This document shows positions 1-7,681 of a stretch of DNA of 27,097 nt, in pieces. A program made the position numbers and the translations under genes. The notes below the pieces were generated by a model. That model searched no databases and was not told where the DNA came from. It saw only the letters and a list, made by a program, of their open reading frames with translations. Numbering within the stretch: the first letter of the stretch is position 1; the number at the start of each line of letters is the position of its first letter. The stretch lies in NCBI GenBank assembly GCA_043804695.1, contig JAZDIV010000047.1, positions 1 through 27,097 of the forward strand, in the 5' to 3' direction. The stretch is from PVC group bacterium (lineage in GTDB: Bacteria > Auribacterota > Erginobacteria > Erginobacterales > Erginobacteraceae).

Positions 1-128
1 ACTCATGTCCTTTTCTGGTTTAAAATCTAAAGGGTTAAATGTCACTTCTTGTACAATAGAATTCGAACTAATCCCCGTACATCATCCGACTGTTACCGGT
101 TTGAATAGTATAACCCGCAATAAGTAAC

Positions 129-157
129 TAAATTTGCGACCGAAAGTCGCTAATTTA
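129..157 (+). repeat. REP-like palindrome (family A) ending 4 nt before the dprA ATG
   Basis: TAAATTtGCGAC-cgaaa-GTCGCtAATTTA, 12-bp arms with 1 mismatch, then TACA-ATG. Confidence 0.8.
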
Positions 158-161
158 TACA

Positions 162-1262
162 ATGAATGAGAAGGAGTATCTGCTCATACTTAATCTGATC
201 CGGGGCCTGGGCCCGGTCAGAATCCGGAACCTGATGAGTCATTTCGGCCGGGCTTCCGACATCATCAGGCAGCCGGCTGCCGCCCTGCAGCAGGTGCCGG
301 GAATCGGCCCGCGCCTGGCCCGGGCCATCAGCGTCTGGGAAGAGCTGGAATACCGGGAAGAGTTCAGGCTGATCGAGAAGCTGGGATTGACGATTCTGAC
401 TGTCTTCGATCCCGGATATCCCGCCAACCTGAAAGAGATATATGATCCGCCGGTCATTCTCTATGTCTCGGGGAGGCTGATCCCGGAGGACAAGCCGGCC
501 CTGGCCGTTGTCGGATCCCGCCGGGCGTCTCAGTACGGGCTCCAATCCGCCCGGAAACTGTCGTATCAGCTGGCCTCCCGCGGGTTCACGGTGGTGAGCG
601 GGCTGGCCCGGGGAATTGATACCGCCGCTCACCGGGGGGCGCTGACCGCCGGCGGCCGGACGATCGCGGTTCTCGGCAGCGGCCTCGGGAACATTTATCC
701 TCCCGAGAACAGAAAGCTGGCGGAGGAGATCGCCGCCGCCGGCGCGGTAATCTCCGAGTTTCCGGTCCGCGCGGTCCCGGACCGGCAGAATTTTCCGCTC
801 CGCAACCGCCTGGTGAGCGGACTCTCCCTCGGCGTCCTGGTGGTTGAGGCCGCCCGGCGGAGCGGGGCTTTGATCACGGCCCGTCTGGCCATGGACCAGG
901 GACGCCCGGTCATGGCGGTCCCGGGACGGATAGACAGCTTCGCCGCCCGGGGCGTCAACTCCCTGATCCAGGACGGCGCCAAGATGGTCTCCGAGGTCGA
1001 TGACATTCTGGAGGAGTTCGAGTATCTCTTCCCCCGGGCCTCTGCTGCCGGCCCCGTCATCCCGGCCGGCCCCGGCCGGACCGGCAATCTCTCGCCGGAC
1101 GAGCGCCTGGTCTACGATGTTTTCTCCGAGGAAGAAACCGGGATGGAGCGGATATTGTCGGAGTCGGGGCTCTCGTCGCCGGCGGCATCCGCGGCCCTGG
1201 TCTCGCTGGAGCTGAAGCGGATGATCAGGCGGCTGCCGGGTAAACTTTTCATCAGAACATAA
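162..1262 (+). CDS. dprA: DNA-processing protein DprA/Smf
   Basis: Motifs YPANLKEIYDPP, AVVGSR, VVSGLARGIDTAAH, FPLRNRLVSGLS, VEAARRSGALITA; C-terminal winged-helix tail. Confidence 0.97.
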   Translation: MNEKEYLLILNLIRGLGPVRIRNLMSHFGRASDIIRQPAAALQQVPGIGPRLARAISVWEELEYREEFRLIEKLGLTILTVFDPGYPANLKEIYDPPVILYVSGRLIPEDKPALAVVGSRRASQYGLQSARKLSYQLASRGFTVVSGLARGIDTAAHRGALTAGGRTIAVLGSGLGNIYPPENRKLAEEIAAAGAVISEFPVRAVPDRQNFPLRNRLVSGLSLGVLVVEAARRSGALITARLAMDQGRPVMAVPGRIDSFAARGVNSLIQDGAKMVSEVDDILEEFEYLFPRASAAGPVIPAGPGRTGNLSPDERLVYDVFSEEETGMERILSESGLSSPAASAALVSLELKRMIRRLPGKLFIRT

Positions 1263-1287
1263 ATTAGCGCCGTCGGCGCTACTTTAT
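1259..1287. repeat. REP-like palindrome (family A) overlapping the dprA stop codon
   Basis: ATAAAtTAGCGCC-gtc-GGCGCTAcTTTAT; TAA at 1260-1262 lies in the left arm. Confidence 0.85.
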
Positions 1288-1379
1288 AAGACCAACAATT
1301 CGCTGAAATACAGTTTAATTGATACTGCCTGGGGGATGAGAAAAATCAAACAGATCACGCCACAACGGCAATTCAATAA

Positions 1380-1452
1380 TCTTATTTTTCTCCCCCGATT
1401 GATACCTCCCCGATTAAAGCTTCGGGGCGGGGGGCGGGGCGGAAAAATAAGA
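1380..1452. repeat. Imperfect long inverted repeat in the dprA-xerC gap
   Basis: TCTTATTTTTC (1380-1390) / GAAAAATAAGA (1442-1452) enclosing C-rich then G-rich tracts, including CCCCGA...TCGGGG. Confidence 0.55.
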
Positions 1453-1494
1453 ATGTGCAAGCATTGGACCGGCATTGCCGGGATATTTTAAAGT

Positions 1495-1521
1495 AAATTC
1501 GTGTAATTCGCGAAATTCGTA
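1495..1521. repeat. Three degenerate 9-mer tandem repeats
   Basis: AAATTCGTG TAATTCGCG AAATTCGTA. Confidence 0.6.
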
Positions 1522-1540
1522 GTTTATTTAGTTGCCCGAG

Positions 1541-1581
1541 CCCCGATAAATCGGGGTAGACTGCGCGAGGGCTAAGTTCTA
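1541..1581 (+). repeat. Small hairpin plus degenerate family A right arm before xerC
   Basis: CCCCGAT-aa-ATCGGGG at 1541-1556; GCTAAgTTcTA-ATG resembles GCTAATTTATA-ATG seen at pyk and tatD. Confidence 0.5.
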
Positions 1582-2478
1582 ATGGTCGCTACTTTTGAAT
1601 CCTATATCGATGCGTTCGTCCGCTACCTCCGTCTGGAAAAGAACGCATCTCCCCACACTCTCCGGAATTACCGGTCGGACCTCGCCCAGTTTCAGCGGTT
1701 TCTGAGTTCCCAGGATGTCTCCGGGGCGATCAGGGTGACGGGAATCGACCGGCTGACGCTGCGGGGATATATGGCCTTCCTGCAGCAGCAAGGAGTCGGC
1801 AAGCGCTCCCTTTCCCGCAAGATCTCGGCCCTCCGTTCTTTTTTCCGTTTCCTGAGGAGGGAAGGGGTGATGGAGAGTAATCCGGCCAGCCAGGTCTGGC
1901 TCCCGCGCCAGGACAAAAAATTACCTTCTTTTCTCGATCTTGATGAGATCAGGGCCCTGCTGGAGATGCCCGATCGATCAACCCTGCTCGGTCTGCGGGA
2001 CTGCGCCATTCTCGAGACCCTCTACAGCACGGGGATCCGGGTGGGAGCCCTGGTCTCCATGAACCGGGGCAACGTGGACCTGATCGGCGACCTGGTCAAG
2101 GTGCGGGAAAAAGGGAAGAAGGAGCGCCTCTGCCCGCTCGGCCCCTATGCCGTCCGGGCGTTGAGAAAGTATCTGGAGACCTCTCCGGGGGAGGCCGCTT
2201 CCGTCCCCCTGTTCGTCAATCGTTCCCGGGAGAGGCTTTCGGCGGAGGCGGTCGGAAAGATGCTGAAAAAATACATCACGAAGGCGGCGATCACTAAAAA
2301 GATCACCCCCCACGCCATCCGGCACTCGTTTGCCACCCATCTTCTTGACGCCGGAGCGGACCTCCGTTCGGTGCAGGAACTGCTCGGCCACGAGTCCCTC
2401 AGCACCACCCAGATTTACACCCACGTCTCGAAAGAGCGCCTGAAAAAGGAGTACGACCGCACCCATCCCCGCGCCTGA
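1582..2478 (+). CDS. xerC: Tyrosine recombinase XerC
   Basis: N-terminal SAM-like domain (SPHTLRNYRSDL); catalytic TGIR, HAIRHSFATHLL, QELLGH, TTQIYTH; C-terminus HPRA; downstream of dprA. Confidence 0.9.
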   Translation: MVATFESYIDAFVRYLRLEKNASPHTLRNYRSDLAQFQRFLSSQDVSGAIRVTGIDRLTLRGYMAFLQQQGVGKRSLSRKISALRSFFRFLRREGVMESNPASQVWLPRQDKKLPSFLDLDEIRALLEMPDRSTLLGLRDCAILETLYSTGIRVGALVSMNRGNVDLIGDLVKVREKGKKERLCPLGPYAVRALRKYLETSPGEAASVPLFVNRSRERLSAEAVGKMLKKYITKAAITKKITPHAIRHSFATHLLDAGADLRSVQELLGHESLSTTQIYTHVSKERLKKEYDRTHPRA

Positions 2479-2483
2479 TCATT

Positions 2484-2558
2484 ATGATAAAGAATGTGGT
2501 GCTGATTATAGCCGGGTTGTTATCGCAGATCGTCATCAGCCAGGCAGGGGAATTTTAA
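2484..2558 (+). pseudogene. 24-codon ORF resembling a bare signal peptide (possible gene remnant or small protein)
   Basis: Hand translation MIKNVVLIIAGLLSQIVISQAGEF*, starting 5 nt after the xerC stop. Confidence 0.35.
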
Positions 2559-2565
2559 TGATGTG

Positions 2566-2628
2566 GTGTAAAGTTTAATGTGTTAAGTGGAAAGTTTATT
2601 TACACGTTCAACTTTACACTTTCCACTT
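2566..2628. repeat. Degenerate heptamer tandem array followed by its reverse complement
   Basis: GTGTAAA GTTTAAT GTGTTAA GTGGAAA GTTTATT then TTCAACT TTACACT TTCCACT; perfect IR AAGTGGAAAGT (2585-2595) / ACTTTCCACTT (2618-2628). Confidence 0.7.
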
Positions 2629-2655
2629 CAAGTCAGCGCCGGAGGCGCTGACTTG
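2629..2655 (+). repeat. REP-like palindrome (family A variant)
   Basis: CAAGTCAGCGCC-gga-GGCGCTGACTTG, perfect 12-bp stem. Confidence 0.9.
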
Positions 2656-2662
2656 TTTTGTA

Positions 2663-2691
2663 TTGACAGTCAGGGAGACTGGAGATAGGTT
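2663..2691 (+). promoter_or_regulatory. Putative sigma70 promoter for the lipoprotein gene
   Basis: TTGACA-17 nt-TAGGTT; GGAG RBS at 2725-2728. Confidence 0.55.
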
Positions 2692-2736
2692 TACCCTCGG
2701 AAAAATCACAACCTTATTTTTTACGGAGCAAAAAAT

Positions 2737-3159
2737 ATGAAAATGACGGCAGTCGTGGTATCGATGGCGGCGCTGCTGGCGTGCCTTTCCGGCTGCGGCG
2801 GGGGCAAGTACGCCGACGCGGAAAAAGTTATCAACCGGCAGTATGAGATGATGGACGCGTTTACGATCGAGGTCGATAAGGCCGAAGAGGCGGCGCAGGT
2901 GATTGCCGCCCTGAAGAAGTTTCAGAAGACCGCGGAAGGCGCCAGAGAGGAGATGATGCAGCTGACTAAAAAGTATCCTGAGTTGATGACCAAGGAGAAC
3001 GCGCCGGAAGAGCTGCAGGAAGTGGTAAAAAAGATGGATGAGATGATGCCCCGGTTTATCAACGCCATGATGAAGATCGGGCAGCAGTACGGCGATAATC
3101 CGGAAGTCAAGAAGGTCCTCGCGGATATGCAGTCCAGCCTGGCGCCCCCCCGGAAGTAA
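2737..3159 (+). CDS. Uncharacterised helical lipoprotein
   Basis: Signal peptide with lipobox LSG-C20; Met/Glu/Lys-rich helical-looking body; RBS, promoter and terminator present. Confidence 0.85.
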   Translation: MKMTAVVVSMAALLACLSGCGGGKYADAEKVINRQYEMMDAFTIEVDKAEEAAQVIAALKKFQKTAEGAREEMMQLTKKYPELMTKENAPEELQEVVKKMDEMMPRFINAMMKIGQQYGDNPEVKKVLADMQSSLAPPRK

Positions 3160-3186
3160 AAGACCCGGTTGTCATTGTTTGTTCGG

Positions 3187-3226
3187 AATCCGGGGCGGGG
3201 AGTTTTTTCCCCGCCCCGGATTTTTT
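3187..3226 (+). terminator. Intrinsic terminator between the convergent lipoprotein and RND genes
   Basis: AATCCGGGGCGGGGA-6 nt-TCCCCGCCCCGGATT followed by a T run. Confidence 0.8.
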
Positions 3227-3297
3227 ATGTAACAGCGTGCGAAGCGGATTATTTCGTCAATCTGTATAATCCGCGGTTACATATGTTGCGGAGACTC

Positions 3298-6200
3298 TCA
3301 GCGGGTGATCCGGTCAACGATCTTCCGCAGATGTTGCCGGGGGCTGGAGAAGACGACGTAGATGGCCGGCATCACGATCAGGGCCAGCAGTCCTCCCCCG
3401 ATCATCCCGCCGATGGAAACGATCGCCATCGGCGCCCGGAATCCGCCGCCCCAGCCCATCCCCAGGGCGAGGGGGATCATGGCCACGATGGTCGTTATAT
3501 TGGCCATCAGAAGCGGCCGGAGGCGCACCACGCAGGCGCTGACGACGGCATCCTCGATCGATTTCCCTTCCCTGCGGAGGAGATTGCTGTAATCCACGAT
3601 TACGATGGTATTATTGATGACCAGCCCGACCAGCATGACCATGGCCATCAGGGAGAAGATGTTGAGTGTCGTGTCGGTCAAAAGCAGCATGATGAAAACA
3701 GTGGACATGGCGAGGGGGAGAGAGAGCATGATCATGACCGGATACCGGTAGGACTCGAGGATCGCGGCCAGCATGAGAAAGGTCAGGATGACGGCCAGGC
3801 CGAGGGCCATGAAGATGTCGCTGAAATTTTCCTGCATCCGCTCGATCTCTCCGCTGAAAAAGTATGTATAGCCGGGGGGGAGGCCGGCTTCCTCCCTGAG
3901 GAAGTTTCTCATCTGCGCGGCCACTTCCCCCGACGTGGCGCCGATCACGTTGGCCGACACCGTCACGATTCTCTCCCGGTCCTTCCGGGTGATCGTGGTT
4001 GGGCCTTCCCGCATTTCGATCCGGCAGACCGCCGTCAGGGGAACGGGCCGGGAGTTTTTATCCAGGATCGAGATGTCCTTGATCTGCTCCCGGAAGTTCC
4101 GGTCTTTTTCGTCCAGCTTGACCCGGATGTCGAACTCATCGTCCATTTCCCTGAACGTGGAAGCCACTTCGCCGGTCAGCGAGTCGCGGATGGTCCGGGC
4201 GATTTCCGCCACGGTGATCCCGTATTCACTGGCCCGATCCCGTTCGGGGATGATCCAGATCTCCGGGTTTCCCGTTCTCCAGTCGGTGTCCACGTCCGCC
4301 GCCCCGGGGATGTTCCTGGCGCGGCCGACCGTCCTGGCCGCCAGTTCGTTGAGGATGTCGATATCGTCTCCGTGGATCTCGAGCTGGATCGGTTTTTCCC
4401 CGCTTCCGCCTCCCTGCTGTGTCTCCTGGAGGGTGAAACCCGCGCCCGGAATGCCGGCCAGGGCCGGCCGGATAGAATTCATGACCTGTGCGGTCGACCG
4501 GTTTCTTCTATCCTGATCGACCAGGTCCACGGTGATCTCGGCCAGATTGATGCCCTGGTTGCTCCCCCCCAGCATCCGGCTCAGCTTTCCGATCGTGGTG
4601 AATATTTTTTCCTGCTCGGGAAGTCCCCGGAGAATTGCCTCCACCCGCCCGGTAATCATGTCGGTCATCGCCAGGTTGGCCCCGACCGGAGTCTCGATGG
4701 TGATCTTGAAGATCCCTTCATCTGCCCGGGGGAAGAATTCGGAACCGATCCGGGGGACGATCAAGAAAATGACCGCGAGAAAGACCGCCAGCGCCAGGCC
4801 GATGACCGCCCATTTGAAGCGGATGAGCTTTCGTACCAGGTTTCCGTAGCGATGGGAGAGAGATATGTAAAAACGGTCCCAGCTCTCAAAGAGTTTCGCT
4901 TTCTTCTCCTTCTCTTTCAGGAAGCGCGCGGCCAGCATGGGGGTCAGCGTGTAGGAGACGAAGAGCGAGAAGATGGTGGAAAAGACGACCGTCATGGCGA
5001 ACTGGCGGAAGAACTGTCCGACGATACTGGCCATGAAGGCGATCGGCACGAAGACGACGATGTTGGTCAGGGTGGTACTGGCGACCGCGGCCGCGATCTC
5101 GGATGTCCCGACCCGGGCGGCCTCCACTCGCGGTTTTCCCATGTCCAGGTAACGGTGAATATTTTCCAGCACCAGGATCGAGTTGTTGACCAGAATCCCG
5201 ACGGAGAGAGCCAGCCCCAGCATGCTCATGATGTTGATCGAGTAGCCGAAGAGAAAGAGGAGCAGGAAGGTGGAGACGATGCTCGTCGGCATGGCCACCG
5301 TGAGAATGAGTGTGCTCCTGAGATCATGGAGAAAGAGGAAAAGGCAGATCGCGGTCAGGATGATCCCGATGACCATGTTGTTCCAGACCTCGCTCAGGGA
5401 ACCGCGGATGAACTCCGAGTTATCCTCCGCGACGGCGATCCGGATATCCCCGGGAAGCGTTTTCTCCAATTCTTTAATAGTTTCTCTGACCCGATCCGCG
5501 ACCGCTATCGTGTTGGCGTCGGCCCGCTTCCTGATCACCATCCCCAGTGCCGGCTCGCCCTGGAAACGGGCCAGTTCCCGGACCTCCTTGACCGTGTCCT
5601 TGATCTCACCCAGGTCCGCCAGGCGCACTTTTTCACCATCGGGGGTCGGGATTTTCAGGCTGGAAAAGCGCGCCACTTCCTCAACCTTGCCGGCCAGTCT
5701 GACCGTGTACTCGGTCAACTGCTGGGTAATGTGTCCGGAAGGCAGCTCGAGATTGGCGGCGCTGATCGCCCGGGCGATGTCCCCGGGCTGGAGGTGGTAG
5801 GCGTTGAGGCGATCGAGGTCTATCGAGACCAGGATCTCCCGTTCCTGTCCCCCCACGATCTCGGCGGAGGCCGCGCCCTTGATCTTGGCAAACTGGGGCT
5901 TGATCCTGTTGTCGGCTATCAGGTAAAGATCCTGGGGCGAGCGTTGACCGGAGACGGCCAGCTGCATGATCGGGCTCGCGTTGATATCGAACTTCTGGAT
6001 CAGCGGCTTGTCTGCGTCATCAGGCAGGTCCGGTTCCACCAGGGCCACCTTGTCCCGGACGTCCGCCGCCGCGACGTCGACATCCTGGTCGAGCTCGAAC
6101 TCGAGCAGGACCAGGGAGATCCCCTCCTTGGAGACGGATTTGATGTGCTTCAGGCCTTCCGTGGTGCTCAACTCCTCTTCCAGGGGCTTGCTGATCAGGG

Positions 6201-6381
6201 TCTCGATCTCTCGCGGTCCGGCCCCCAGATAAGTGGTGGAGACGGTGATGACGGGGATGTCCACCGGAGGGAAAAGATCGATCGGAAGTTTCACGTAGCC
6301 GACGATCCCCAGGAGGACGCAGATCAGGATGACCACCGTCATCAGAACGCGGCGTTTGATTGCCAGGTTGGAGAGGAACAT
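3298..6381 (-). CDS. RND-family (AcrB/HAE1-like) efflux permease
   Basis: 1027 aa; LPIDLFPPVDIP, GAGPREIETLISKPLEEEL, two periplasmic lobes, RLRP motif, PLALG...APMAIVSIGG. Confidence 0.95.
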   Translation of the reverse strand: MFLSNLAIKRRVLMTVVILICVLLGIVGYVKLPIDLFPPVDIPVITVSTTYLGAGPREIETLISKPLEEELSTTEGLKHIKSVSKEGISLVLLEFELDQDVDVAAADVRDKVALVEPDLPDDADKPLIQKFDINASPIMQLAVSGQRSPQDLYLIADNRIKPQFAKIKGAASAEIVGGQEREILVSIDLDRLNAYHLQPGDIARAISAANLELPSGHITQQLTEYTVRLAGKVEEVARFSSLKIPTPDGEKVRLADLGEIKDTVKEVRELARFQGEPALGMVIRKRADANTIAVADRVRETIKELEKTLPGDIRIAVAEDNSEFIRGSLSEVWNNMVIGIILTAICLFLFLHDLRSTLILTVAMPTSIVSTFLLLFLFGYSINIMSMLGLALSVGILVNNSILVLENIHRYLDMGKPRVEAARVGTSEIAAAVASTTLTNIVVFVPIAFMASIVGQFFRQFAMTVVFSTIFSLFVSYTLTPMLAARFLKEKEKKAKLFESWDRFYISLSHRYGNLVRKLIRFKWAVIGLALAVFLAVIFLIVPRIGSEFFPRADEGIFKITIETPVGANLAMTDMITGRVEAILRGLPEQEKIFTTIGKLSRMLGGSNQGINLAEITVDLVDQDRRNRSTAQVMNSIRPALAGIPGAGFTLQETQQGGGSGEKPIQLEIHGDDIDILNELAARTVGRARNIPGAADVDTDWRTGNPEIWIIPERDRASEYGITVAEIARTIRDSLTGEVASTFREMDDEFDIRVKLDEKDRNFREQIKDISILDKNSRPVPLTAVCRIEMREGPTTITRKDRERIVTVSANVIGATSGEVAAQMRNFLREEAGLPPGYTYFFSGEIERMQENFSDIFMALGLAVILTFLMLAAILESYRYPVMIMLSLPLAMSTVFIMLLLTDTTLNIFSLMAMVMLVGLVINNTIVIVDYSNLLRREGKSIEDAVVSACVVRLRPLLMANITTIVAMIPLALGMGWGGGFRAPMAIVSIGGMIGGGLLALIVMPAIYVVFSSPRQHLRKIVDRITR

Positions 6382-6405
6382 AAAATTTTTCTTCGAAAAA
6401 TTTTA
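6381..6405 (-). repeat. AT-rich hairpin (family B) overlapping the A of the RND start codon
   Basis: Coding strand TAAAATTTTTC-gaa-GAAAAATTTTA|TG, perfect 11-bp stem. Confidence 0.8.
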
Positions 6406-6436
6406 ATTATTAAGGAGATCATTAAATAGATTACAT

Positions 6437-6515
6437 GTCATTGCGAGGAACGAAGTGACGAAGCAATCTCAGTCAATTGGAGAATAAGGGATTGCTTCGC
6501 TCCGCTCGCAATGAC
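6437..6515. repeat. 79-bp palindromic element, copy 1
   Basis: GTCATTGCGAG...GAAGCAATC...GATTGCTTC...CTCGCAATGAC; second copy at 16803-16881. Confidence 0.9.
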
Positions 6516-6588
6516 TATTGCACAGGATGCGATCTATTTAATGCTCTCCTTAAAAGAATTATTTTTATCCATGTTTGTTGATTACCGT

Positions 6589-7680
6589 TTACCGCTCACT
6601 TATTATTTTCACCCTGCTTCCCTCGGTCAGGCGCTCCTGTCCGCTGATCACCACCGGGGCATCCGGCGGCAATTCTCCGGTCACTTCGATCAGGCCCCGG
6701 TAGGCCACGCCGGGCGTTACCGGCATGAACCGCACGATCCCGGTATTCTGTTCCACCAGGAAAACTCCCTGCTCTCCCCGGGGATTCTTCACGATCGCTT
6801 CCTGGGGAAGGACCGTGGCCCCGGGATGGAGATCGATGACGATCTCAACCCGGGCGTACATCCCGGGCATGAGGAGTCCCTCCGGATTGGGTATTTTTAT
6901 TTTCACCGTGAAGAGGCGGCTGCTGCCCTGGGCGGTCGGGTTGACGGTGTCGATTTTCGCCTCCCAGATCCGGCCCGGGTAGGCGTCCGGGTAGACAAAA
7001 GCGGTCTGGCCGATCCTGACCTCCCGGATCAGCATCTCGGATACCGGGCAGTGGGCCTCGACGCCGGTGATGTCGACGATCTCCAGGATGGGTTTCCCTT
7101 CGTCGGAGAGCTCTCCCGGTTCCTTGTAGCGGCGGGAGACCAGACCGGTCAGAGGTGAGCTGATCCGCGTGTCCTGGAGCATATCCCGGGCCTTCAGGTA
7201 ATTGGCCTCTGCCTGGTTCACATTTACGCCGGCCCGGTCAAGCTCCTGGCGGGAAATGGCCCCCGCCTCGAAAAGGGCCTGCGCCCGCTGGAAATTACGC
7301 CGTTCCTCTTCCAGGGCGGTTTGTCCGGCCTTGACGCTGCTCTCGACGGACTCCTTCTCCAGAAAGATGGCGGCATCGCCCCGGTTGATCCGGTCGCCCT
7401 CGTCCACCGTGATGGAGTCGATCATCCGGTTCAGTCGGGATACCAGGACGGCCCTGGTCTCGGGTTCGATGGTTCCGTCGAGGAGAAGAACCACCGGCAT
7501 CTCCCTCCTGGCCGGGGAGGTCGTTCTCACCGGGATCCCCTCCCGCCTCTGGATCCCCTCGATGGTCGGCGGCCGCACAATTTGTTTTTTCGCCTCGATC
7601 TTCCAGATGACGGCCCCCGCCAGGAGGGCGGCCGCCGCGATCAGGATAATGAACAGCAGTACTTTTTTCTTTGTCTTCAT
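6589..7680 (-). CDS. RND periplasmic adaptor (membrane fusion protein)
   Basis: N-terminal TM; VDEGDRINRGD lipoyl half; alpha-hairpin (LFEAGAISRQELD); ISSPLTGLV; LMPGMYARV. Confidence 0.95.
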   Translation of the reverse strand: MKTKKKVLLFIILIAAAALLAGAVIWKIEAKKQIVRPPTIEGIQRREGIPVRTTSPARREMPVVLLLDGTIEPETRAVLVSRLNRMIDSITVDEGDRINRGDAAIFLEKESVESSVKAGQTALEEERRNFQRAQALFEAGAISRQELDRAGVNVNQAEANYLKARDMLQDTRISSPLTGLVSRRYKEPGELSDEGKPILEIVDITGVEAHCPVSEMLIREVRIGQTAFVYPDAYPGRIWEAKIDTVNPTAQGSSRLFTVKIKIPNPEGLLMPGMYARVEIVIDLHPGATVLPQEAIVKNPRGEQGVFLVEQNTGIVRFMPVTPGVAYRGLIEVTGELPPDAPVVISGQERLTEGSRVKIISER

Positions 7681-7681
7681 A

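Noticed and set aside
1..20. Start of a divergent minus-strand gene (CAT at 4-6)
   Set aside because: Only two codons are visible and the AGGA is too close to the ATG, so it cannot be supported.
3169..6429. 1086-aa ORF antisense to the whole RND gene (similar shadows over tolC, pyk, recJ, uvrA and dnaE)
   Set aside because: It is in codon register with the sense gene, so it stays open simply because TTA, CTA and TCA codons are avoided in GC-rich genes. It has no motifs, a TTG start, and runs through a terminator.
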